DNA of 37,458 bases from Eubacteriales Family XIII. Incertae Sedis bacterium (GTDB lineage: Bacteria > Bacillota > Clostridia > Peptostreptococcales > Anaerovoracaceae). Positions 1 to 7,665 of the stretch are shown here, one piece after another. The notes beneath the pieces were generated by a model, which was not told the origin of the DNA, made no database searches, and saw only the letters and a list, made by a program, of their open reading frames with translations. A program made the position numbers and the translations under genes. The stretch is taken from the NCBI GenBank assembly GCA_031278255.1, contig JAITKU010000117.1:1-37458 (forward strand). Reading direction: 5' to 3'. The first letter of the stretch is position 1; the number at the start of each line of letters is the position of its first letter.

Positions 1-304
1 TGCCTTTTGGGGTGCCGCCAAAAACAAAGACGATTTCTTATACGCCTTTATATGCCCGCATGGAATTTTGGCACCATTTTTGCGCCATTTCAGAAAAAAG
101 CGCCGCAAATTAAGGGCATAGAAAAAACGCCGATACCTTATGAAGCATAATGTTTTCAAGGGTTTTCGGCGTTTTTCCATCCCTCGACCGCCCTGAAATC
201 ATCTTGTGCGAGTGAGAAAATTCTACTATTTTTTATCAAATCCGTGCCACAACGCGCGTTTTATGGTATGATAAACAGGCGGGAAATTCGCGTGGGAGGA
301 ACGA

Positions 305-1738
305 ATGTCTGTTTTGTCTGGGAAGAAGCATATACATTGCGTGGGCATAGGCGGGATCGGTCTTTCCGCGATTGCGGAGATATTGCTGGCAAGGGGCTGT
401 CGGGTGTCCGGTTCGGATATGAAAGAGAGCGAGATCACGGACAGGCTGATCGCGCGCGGCGCGACGATCTATCTGGGGCACAGGGCCAAGAACATAAGCG
501 GGGCCGATCTGCTCGTGTATTCGGCGGCGGTTTCGCCCGAGAATCCGGAACTCGCCTTGGCGGGCAAACTGGGCGTGGAGACCGTGACGCGCGCGGAAGC
601 GCTCGGGGCGCTGATGGCCGATCATGAAAACAGCGTCGCGATCGCCGGCACGCACGGCAAGACCACGACCACCTCCATGATCTCGCTCATTCTGAAAAAC
701 AGCGGCAAGGCGCCCACGATACTCGTGGGGGGCAATCTGTCCGAGATCGGCGGCAACGTGGAGGTGGGCGGCGGCGCGTACTTCGTGACGGAGGCCTGCG
801 AGTACATGGACAGCTTCCTGAACCTGTCGCCGAAATACGCCGTCATTCTCAACATCGATTCCGATCATCTCGATTACTTTGCGGATATAGAGCATATCGT
901 GCGTTCTTTCGACAGCTTTGCCAAGCTGACGCCGCCCTGCGGCGCGGTCGTTGCCTACGACGCCAATCCTTTCGTGAACAGCATCCTGAAAAATCTGGAC
1001 AGGCGGGTGGTCACGTTCGGCTTTCACGATCGCTGTGCCTATATCGCCGCAGACATCGCGTTCAACCAAGCGGGTATGCCGGGCTTCTCCGTCCTGCACG
1101 GGGGCCGGACGCTCTGCGATATGCAGCTTGCCATACCGGGTGAACACAACATCGCGAACGCTCTGGCCGCTTTCGCCTGCTGCCACGATATGGGCGTGGA
1201 CGCGGAGGAGATCAAACACACCGTCGAAGGCTTCGAGGGTACGCAGCGGCGTTTCGATCCGCTCGGCGAAACGGAGAACGGCGTGCGGGTCGTGGACGAT
1301 TACGCGCACCACCCGGCGGAGATCACGGCAACGCTCAAGGCGGCGAAAAACATACCGCACAGGGAACTTTGGTGCCTGTTCCAGCCGCATACTTACACGC
1401 GCACGATCGCGCTGTTCAATGAGTTTGTCGAGGCTTTCGGCTCGGCTGACAGATTGGTGATGGCGGAGATTTACGCCGCGCGGGAAAAGAATATCCACAG
1501 GATCAGCGCGCGTTCCGTCGTCGATGCGATCAAGGCTCGGTATCCGCAGAAAGACGCGCATTATTTCGCGGATTTCGGGGAGATAGCCGCTTTCGTGCGG
1601 GAGACCGCCCGTCCCGGGGACCTCGTGATCACGATGGGGGCCGGGGATATCTATAAAGTAGGGGAGATGATCCTCGATATGGATCATTTGGATGCGGAGG
1701 CGGCGCGGCAGGTTACGCGCGGCGTTCCGATACGCTGA
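305..1738 (+). CDS. murC: UDP-N-acetylmuramate--L-alanine ligase
   Basis: The 477 aa ORF has an N-terminal Rossmann motif (HCVGIGGIGLSAIAEIL) and the Mur ligase P-loop (AIAGTHGKTTTTSMI), with a DDYAHHP motif further on. A GGGAGGA RBS lies at 294-300. The stop is TGA. Confidence 0.93.
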   Translation: MSVLSGKKHIHCVGIGGIGLSAIAEILLARGCRVSGSDMKESEITDRLIARGATIYLGHRAKNISGADLLVYSAAVSPENPELALAGKLGVETVTRAEALGALMADHENSVAIAGTHGKTTTTSMISLILKNSGKAPTILVGGNLSEIGGNVEVGGGAYFVTEACEYMDSFLNLSPKYAVILNIDSDHLDYFADIEHIVRSFDSFAKLTPPCGAVVAYDANPFVNSILKNLDRRVVTFGFHDRCAYIAADIAFNQAGMPGFSVLHGGRTLCDMQLAIPGEHNIANALAAFACCHDMGVDAEEIKHTVEGFEGTQRRFDPLGETENGVRVVDDYAHHPAEITATLKAAKNIPHRELWCLFQPHTYTRTIALFNEFVEAFGSADRLVMAEIYAAREKNIHRISARSVVDAIKARYPQKDAHYFADFGEIAAFVRETARPGDLVITMGAGDIYKVGEMILDMDHLDAEAARQVTRGVPIR

Positions 1739-1749
1739 GGGGTTTTTGC

Positions 1750-2451
1750 ATGGCTGATTTGTTAAAAGAATATCGGGAAAAGGCGGAGGAGCGGCTGCGC
1801 ATAAATCTGCGCCATGCCGAGAACGGCGTTTTGTTCGCCGACATCGACGCCGCCTATATCGACGCGCGCGCGCGCATAGGCAGGGGTTCTTTCATCGGGC
1901 CCTCTGCGGTGATCGAGGGCGAAACGCGGATCGGCGAGGATTGTCACATCGGCCAGAATACGCGCATAAGCGATTCCCGCCTTGGGAACGGCGTACGCGT
2001 CGAGCAATCCGTCGTCGTCGAGAGCGAGATAGACGACGGGGCGCGGATCGGGCCTTTCGCCTACCTGCGTCCTCACAGCCGCATCGGCGCCGGCGCCAAG
2101 GTCGGCGATTTTGTGGAGATCAAGAATTCCTCCCTCGGCGCCGGCGCCAAGGCTTCACATCTGACCTACGTGGGCGATTCCGATATCGGGGAGGATGTGA
2201 ATCTGGGCTGCGGCGTCGTGTTCGTGAACTTCGACGGCAGGGAAAAGCACCGCTCGGTCGTGGGGGACGGCGCGTTTATCGGTTGCAATGTCAACATCGT
2301 GTCGCCCGTCGTCGTGGGGGAGGGCGCCTACGTCGCGGCGGGAACGACGGTGACAAGGGATTTGCCCGCGGGGGCGCTCGCCGTGGGACGCGCGCGACAG
2401 CGGGTGCTGGAGGGCTGGGTGAAGCGGCGCGGCCCACGCAAGCACGAGTAA
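1750..2451 (+). CDS. GlmU-like left-handed beta-helix acetyltransferase (C-terminal GlcN-1-P acetyltransferase domain only; no uridyltransferase domain)
   Basis: The 233 aa product lines up by eye with roughly residues 225-456 of Bacillus GlmU. Matching stretches are KASHLTYVGDSDIGEDVNLGCG, FIGCNVNIVSPVVVGEGAYVAAGTTVT and hexapeptide repeats. It sits in the conserved glmU-prs position but starts only 11 nt after the murC stop. Confidence 0.8.
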   Translation: MADLLKEYREKAEERLRINLRHAENGVLFADIDAAYIDARARIGRGSFIGPSAVIEGETRIGEDCHIGQNTRISDSRLGNGVRVEQSVVVESEIDDGARIGPFAYLRPHSRIGAGAKVGDFVEIKNSSLGAGAKASHLTYVGDSDIGEDVNLGCGVVFVNFDGREKHRSVVGDGAFIGCNVNIVSPVVVGEGAYVAAGTTVTRDLPAGALAVGRARQRVLEGWVKRRGPRKHE

Positions 2452-2501
2452 ACCGCCCGCGGCAAGGCTGCGGGATACGAAAGCAAAAGCGAGGTGAGTT
2501 T

Positions 2502-3452
2502 ATGAAAAACGGAGTGTTCTCGGATTTCAAGGTCTTTGCGGGCAACGCGCATATGGAGCTTGCGGAGGAGATTGCCTCCATCATGGGCAAGCCGCTCGGC
2601 AGGGCCACCGTGACCAAGTTCAGCGACGGGGAAATCTCCGTCAGCCTGTGGGAGACCGTCCGCGGCGTGGACGCCTACATCGTCCAGCCGACCTGCGGTC
2701 CGGTCAACGACAATCTGATGGAGCTTTTGATCATGATAGACGCGATGAAGCGGGCGTCGGCGGGCCGTATCAACGCGGTGATTCCCTATTACGGATACGC
2801 GCGGCAGGATCGAAAGGCCAAGGCCCGCGATCCGATTTCCGCGAGGCTCGTGGCGGATTTGCTTTCCGCGGCCGGCGCGGACCGCGTTGTCACGATGGAC
2901 CTCCACGCCTCGCAGATACAGGGATATTTCGATATTCCCGTCGATCATCTGCTGGGTATGCCGCTTCTCGTCAAGCATTTCCGTTCGCGGAATCTGAACG
3001 ATCTGGTCATCGTTTCGCCGGATCACGGCAGCGTCACGCGGGCCAGAAACATGGCGCATTTGCTGGACGCTCCGATCGCCATCGTTGACAAGAGGCGGCC
3101 GAAAGCCAATGTCAGCGAGGTCATGAACATCATCGGGGAGATACAGGACAAGAACGCCATTTTGGTGGATGATATGATCGACACGGCGGGTACGATCACG
3201 AACGCGGCGAACGCCCTGAAAGAGATGGGCGCGCGGGAGGTGTTCGCCTGCGCCACCCACGGCATTTTGTCGGGTCCCGCCATCAAGCGCATCGAAAATT
3301 CCGCGATTCGCGAGATGGCGCTGTTGAACACGGTTCCCATTCCAAAGGATAAGCTGATCGACAAGATATCTCTGATCTCGGTGGCGCCCCTGTTCGCGGA
3401 GGCGATGGCGCGGATCTTCACGAACGACTCCATCAGCCGTCTGTTCGACTGA
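2502..3452 (+). CDS. prs: ribose-phosphate pyrophosphokinase (PRPP synthetase)
   Basis: The sequence MKNGVFSDFKVFAGNAHMELAEEIA...YYGYARQDRK...DLHASQIQGYF...VDDMIDTAGT is a classic Prs pattern. The ATG at 2502 is preceded by GAGGTGA. The longer ORF from 1941 is an Arg-rich out-of-context extension that overlaps the glmU-like gene. Confidence 0.93.
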   Translation: MKNGVFSDFKVFAGNAHMELAEEIASIMGKPLGRATVTKFSDGEISVSLWETVRGVDAYIVQPTCGPVNDNLMELLIMIDAMKRASAGRINAVIPYYGYARQDRKAKARDPISARLVADLLSAAGADRVVTMDLHASQIQGYFDIPVDHLLGMPLLVKHFRSRNLNDLVIVSPDHGSVTRARNMAHLLDAPIAIVDKRRPKANVSEVMNIIGEIQDKNAILVDDMIDTAGTITNAANALKEMGAREVFACATHGILSGPAIKRIENSAIREMALLNTVPIPKDKLIDKISLISVAPLFAEAMARIFTNDSISRLFD

Positions 3453-3472
3453 GGGCGCGCCGCGAAACACGT

Positions 3473-4108
3473 ATGGATTACATTATAATCGGCCTCGGCA
3501 ATCCCGGCAGGCGGTACGAAAACACGAAACACAATATGGGCTTCCTCGCGCTGGATCTTCTGGCGGAGCGGAACGGGATCAAGATCAACAAACTCAAACA
3601 TCGGGCGCTGTGCGGGGAGGGCGCGATCGCGGGCCTTGGGGTCCTCCTCGTGAAGCCGCAGACCTATATGAACCTGAGCGGCGAGAGCGTGCGGGCCGTC
3701 ATGGACTACTACAGGGCGACGCGCGACAGACTGCTCGTGATCTACGACGATATAGACATCCCCATAGGCGACATCCGAATCCGAAAAAAGGGCAGCGCGG
3801 GGTCCCACAACGGTATGCGTTCCATCGTCCGCAATCTGGGCTATGAGGATTTTCCGCGCATACGGATCGGGATTCGCGACGGGCAAAGGGCGCAGGGCGA
3901 TTCTCTGATCGGTTATGTACTCGGCGGATTTCGCAAGCAGCGGATTGCCGCCGCAGAGGATGCGATCGGCCGGGCGGCCGAGGCTGCGGAATGCCTGTTG
4001 CGCGACGGCGCGGACGCGGCCATGAACCGCTACAATGCGCGTGTTTCGGAACGGGACGGCGGCGCGGGCGCGAATTGTGAAAAGGACGGTGCGGATGAAG
4101 AAAGATAG
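3473..4108 (+). CDS. pth: peptidyl-tRNA hydrolase
   Basis: MDYIIIGLGNPGRRYENTKHNMGF...VKPQTYMNLSGESV...GSAGSHNGMRS are the Pth signature motifs. About 20 aa of non-conserved C-terminal tail overlaps the mfd start. Confidence 0.92.
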   Translation: MDYIIIGLGNPGRRYENTKHNMGFLALDLLAERNGIKINKLKHRALCGEGAIAGLGVLLVKPQTYMNLSGESVRAVMDYYRATRDRLLVIYDDIDIPIGDIRIRKKGSAGSHNGMRSIVRNLGYEDFPRIRIGIRDGQRAQGDSLIGYVLGGFRKQRIAAAEDAIGRAAEAAECLLRDGADAAMNRYNARVSERDGGAGANCEKDGADEER

Positions 4109-7100
4109 GGAGGCGATACGCATTTCGGGTGCCGCGGAGACGCACATCGCGCCGGTGGCGGCGCGCATCCTGCTCGAAAGAAAGCGGCAATGCCTCATCG
4201 TCACGGCCTCCGTCGCAAAGGCCTCCGCGCTCGCGCAGGCGCTTTCTTTTTTTATTCCGTGGAAGATACACGTAATCCAAGAGGAGGAACCGTTCTTCGC
4301 GCAGTACGAGGCGAAGAGCCACGAGGGGATGGAGGACAGGTTGGCGGCTCTTTCCGATCTGCGAAAGGGCGCCCTCTGCGTCGTCGTGGCGCCCGTGTCG
4401 GGCGCGGTGAAGCGCCTGCCGCCGCCCGCGCTGTTTGACAGGCACAGGCTGCTGCTCAAGGCGGGGGATCGGGTCGAGCGGGACGCGCTCATGCGCGACC
4501 TCGGCGCGATGGGTTATGAACGCGTTCCTCTCGTCGAGGCGCGGGGGCAGTACAGTTTTCGCGGCGGCATATTGGACGTGTTTGCCGTGTCCGAAGCCGC
4601 GCCCTGCCGCGTGGATCTGTTCGACGATACGATCGATTCCGTTAAGCGCTTCGATCCGGAAACGCAGCGTTCCGCGGGTTTGCTCGACGCCGTCGCGATA
4701 TGCCCCGCCAAGCAGATGGTCGCGGACGAGGCGCTTTTTTCCGCCGCCGCGCGGCGGATAGAGGATGTTTACGACAGGTACATCCGGCGTTTCGGCGGCG
4801 AGCGCGCCGCCGCGCTGGCGGCCAAGCGGGACCGGCTGACGGACTGTATAGAATCGGCGGCGAATCCGCAGCTTCTGGAACACTACATCGGTTATTTTTA
4901 TGACAATATATCCTATATTTGGGATTATATGAATGACGGTCTCGTCATGCTCGATGATCCGAATCGGTTGCGGGAGACGCTTTCGCTGCGCGACAGGGAG
5001 GCGGAGGAGGATTTTCGGGTCATGCTTTCAAAGGGCCACGCCACGCCGGAGGATCATGACAACATCGAGGGGCTTGCGGTCTACGAAACCCTGCTTTCCC
5101 ATAACCCCGTCTGGTTTTTCACGCCCTTTTCGACGCGGATAGAGGGCGCGGACGAGCCGACGGCGGAATACAGCGTCGATGTGCGGCGTCCGTCGTCCGC
5201 GGGCGGACGCATGGATTTTCTCGAGGCCGAACTGCGACGCTATTGCAAGCAGGGTTACGCGGTCACGATCGTGTGCGCCTCGGAGGAACGGCTCGCGAGT
5301 CTGCGGGAGTTCCTCGACGCGGCCCGGCTGCCGCAGGTGGCCTTGCGGCAGGGCAATCCGGGCTGCGGCGTGGAGTTTCCCAAGGAGAAGATCGTCTACC
5401 TGTGGGAGGGGGATATCTTTTCGGCGGCCGGCGGCCGGCGGAGCGCGGGCAGGCGGACGGCCCGCAGTCAAAGTGAGAACGCCGCGCCCATACGCGCGTT
5501 CACCGATATCATCCAGGGGGACTTTGTCGTTCACGAGAACCACGGCATAGGCCGCTTTGTCGGCATAGAGCAATTGGAGATACAGGGTGTTCGGAAAGAT
5601 TATCTGAAGATCAAGTACGCGGGCGACGATATGCTTTATATCCCCGCGGAGCAGATGGCTCTGGTGCAAAAGTATATAGGCGGCGAGGAAGAGCCGAAGA
5701 TCAGCAGGCTTTCGAGCGGTGAATGGAAGAAAGCGAAAGCCAAGGCCAAAAAGGATATCGCGAGCATGGCGCAGGAACTGCTCGCGCTTTCCGCGAACCG
5801 CAAGTCCGTCACAGGCCACGCTTTTTCAAAGGATACGGTTTGGCAGCGGGAATTCGAGGACAGCTTCCCCTACGAGGAGACGCAGGACCAGTTGCGCAGC
5901 ACGGAATCCATCAAGCGGGATATGGAAAGGCCCGTCCCGATGGACCGGCTGCTGTGCGGCGATGTGGGTTACGGCAAGACCGAGGTCGCGGCGCGCGCCG
6001 TGTTCAAATGCGTCGCCGACGGCAAGCAGGCGGCCGTCCTCGTGCCGACCACCATACTCGCGAACCAGCATTACATGACCTTTAAGCAGCGCTTCGCGGA
6101 CTTTCCGTTCACGGTGGAGATGTTGTCGCGCTTCAGGAGCGAGGCCGAGCAGCGGGAGATTGCGGCGCGCGTGAAAACGGGCGCCGTCGATATCGTCATA
6201 GGCACGCACAGGTTGCTGTCGCAGGATATAGACTTTCACGCGCTCGGGCTGCTCGTCGTCGATGAGGAACAGCGCTTCGGCGTGCGCCACAAGGAACGCA
6301 TTAAGGCGCTGAAGCGGGAGGTGGATGTCTTGACGCTGTCGGCCACGCCCATCCCGCGCACGCTGCACATGTCGCTGATCGGCGTCAGGGATATGGACCT
6401 GATCGAGGAACCGCCGGAGGACAGGTACCCCGTGCAGACCTACGTTATGGAGCAGACGGATGAGGTTGTCCGGGAGACCGTCATGCGGGAACTGGACCGG
6501 GGCGGGCAGGTTTACGTCGTGTACAACAGGGTCAAGGGCATACAGCGCGTCGCGGCGGAAATCAAGGCGCTGGCGCCGGAAGCGGAGATTGCGGTCGGCC
6601 ACGGGCAGATGAACGAGCGGGAACTGGAGGACGTGATGTCGGATTTCATCGAGCGCCGATACAATGTGCTGGTTTCGACGGCCATCATCGAGTCCGGCAT
6701 CGATATCCCGAATGTGAATACCATATTGGTCATGGACGCGGATCGTTTCGGCCTGTCGCAGCTCTATCAGCTTCGCGGTCGCGTGGGCCGCTCGAATCGC
6801 ATGGCTTACGCCTATCTGCTGTACAAGCGCGACAAGGTCCTTTCCGAGGCGGCGGAGAAGCGCCTGCGCGCCATTCGGGAGTTTACGGAGTTCGGCGCGG
6901 GCTTTCGCATTGCGATGCGAGACCTCGAGATACGGGGCGCGGGCAATCTGCTCGGCGCGGAGCAGCACGGGCATATCGTGAGCGTGGGCTATGAGCTGTA
7001 CCGCAAACTCGTGGACGAAGCCGTAAGAGCCCTGTCCGGCGAGGTCGTGAATCCGGACGCGGAGGAGAGTTCTTTCGAGATCGGCGTCGCGGCCTACATC

Positions 7101-7565
7101 CCGTCGGAATACATCGAGGATGAGGCGCTGAAGCTGCAGATGTACAAGCGGATATCCTGCATAGAGAGCGAGGCGGACGAGCGCGATGTCCTCGACGAAA
7201 TGGCGGACCGCTTCGGCAATCCGCCGCGCGTGACGCTGAATCTGATCGCCGTCGCGCGGATACGCGCGTACGCAAAGCGCGCCGGCATCCTGCGCATACG
7301 CGAATCGCAGAAGCGTTGCGTGTTCGAGATGCGGGTGGGAGCGGACCTCGGGGAGGGCGGCGCGGAACGGTTGCTCGCGCGCTACGGCGGCAGGATTCTG
7401 TTTCACGGCGGCGCGCGGCCTTTCATCGCGCTGCGGACGAAAGAAGAAAGAAGCCGGCCTGGAGAAAAAAAGCGGGCGGAAAAACCGGCGGAGGAAAAAC
7501 TCAAAGAAATCCTGGCCTTTCTGCGCTGCCTTGCCGGGCAGCCCGCGGACACGGCGCGGATATAG
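4095..7565 (+). CDS. mfd: transcription-repair coupling factor Mfd
   Basis: A CarD/TRCF domain is present (FVVHENHGIGRFVGIE). The superfamily-2 helicase motifs follow: GDVGYGKTEVA, DEEQRFGV, LSATPIPRT and QLRGRVGRS. I prefer the ATG at 4095 (AAGGA 8 nt upstream) over the ORF-track start at 4035, which has no SD and lies deep inside pth. Confidence 0.92.
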   Translation: MKKDREAIRISGAAETHIAPVAARILLERKRQCLIVTASVAKASALAQALSFFIPWKIHVIQEEEPFFAQYEAKSHEGMEDRLAALSDLRKGALCVVVAPVSGAVKRLPPPALFDRHRLLLKAGDRVERDALMRDLGAMGYERVPLVEARGQYSFRGGILDVFAVSEAAPCRVDLFDDTIDSVKRFDPETQRSAGLLDAVAICPAKQMVADEALFSAAARRIEDVYDRYIRRFGGERAAALAAKRDRLTDCIESAANPQLLEHYIGYFYDNISYIWDYMNDGLVMLDDPNRLRETLSLRDREAEEDFRVMLSKGHATPEDHDNIEGLAVYETLLSHNPVWFFTPFSTRIEGADEPTAEYSVDVRRPSSAGGRMDFLEAELRRYCKQGYAVTIVCASEERLASLREFLDAARLPQVALRQGNPGCGVEFPKEKIVYLWEGDIFSAAGGRRSAGRRTARSQSENAAPIRAFTDIIQGDFVVHENHGIGRFVGIEQLEIQGVRKDYLKIKYAGDDMLYIPAEQMALVQKYIGGEEEPKISRLSSGEWKKAKAKAKKDIASMAQELLALSANRKSVTGHAFSKDTVWQREFEDSFPYEETQDQLRSTESIKRDMERPVPMDRLLCGDVGYGKTEVAARAVFKCVADGKQAAVLVPTTILANQHYMTFKQRFADFPFTVEMLSRFRSEAEQREIAARVKTGAVDIVIGTHRLLSQDIDFHALGLLVVDEEQRFGVRHKERIKALKREVDVLTLSATPIPRTLHMSLIGVRDMDLIEEPPEDRYPVQTYVMEQTDEVVRETVMRELDRGGQVYVVYNRVKGIQRVAAEIKALAPEAEIAVGHGQMNERELEDVMSDFIERRYNVLVSTAIIESGIDIPNVNTILVMDADRFGLSQLYQLRGRVGRSNRMAYAYLLYKRDKVLSEAAEKRLRAIREFTEFGAGFRIAMRDLEIRGAGNLLGAEQHGHIVSVGYELYRKLVDEAVRALSGEVVNPDAEESSFEIGVAAYIPSEYIEDEALKLQMYKRISCIESEADERDVLDEMADRFGNPPRVTLNLIAVARIRAYAKRAGILRIRESQKRCVFEMRVGADLGEGGAERLLARYGGRILFHGGARPFIALRTKEERSRPGEKKRAEKPAEEKLKEILAFLRCLAGQPADTARI

Positions 7566-7568
7566 TGA

Positions 7569-7597
7569 TTGATATTTTTACAGAAATCACATATAAT
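7569..7597 (+). promoter_or_regulatory. sigma-A type promoter (TTGATA-17 nt-TATAAT) for the LysM/M28 peptidase gene
   Basis: TTGATA lies at 7569-7574, followed by an exact 17-nt spacer and then TATAAT at 7592-7597. The site is about 70 nt upstream of the ATG at 7666. It starts 4 nt after the mfd stop. Confidence 0.6.
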
Positions 7598-7665
7598 ACA
7601 GAAAGGTCCCGAAAATCGTATCGGGTGCTTCGCACAGTGTTTTTTTATGGAAAGGGAGGCGTCTT

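Noticed and set aside
236-1687. A long antisense or alternative-frame ORF (483 aa) opposite murC. Similar long ORFs are found at 5826-7406(-), 7684-10110(-), 13689-15140(-), 17041-18489(+), 21950-23716(-), 27262-28815(-) and 28601-29830(-).
   Set aside because: Their translations are Arg/Gly/His/Pro-rich low-complexity sequences with no recognisable motifs. Each one overlaps a gene with unmistakable family signatures on the other strand or frame. This is the typical stop-codon-poor artefact of high-G+C DNA.
1941-2501. N-terminal extensions offered by the ORF track for prs (from 1941), the AEC transporter (from 26384), mazG (from 14999), hisC (from 11326), the NCS1 permease (to 20151), vat (to 32819) and the PPTase (from 32766).
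   Set aside because: The extensions overlap the upstream genes out of frame or run into promoter DNA. They are compositionally aberrant. The internal starts align with family N-termini and have Shine-Dalgarno sequences.
7598-7665. A cell-wall-hydrolase-associated riboswitch (for example the c-di-AMP/ydaO type) upstream of the LysM peptidase gene.
   Set aside because: The leader is only about 68 nt. That is far shorter than such riboswitches, and it lacks their conserved pseudo-symmetric motifs.
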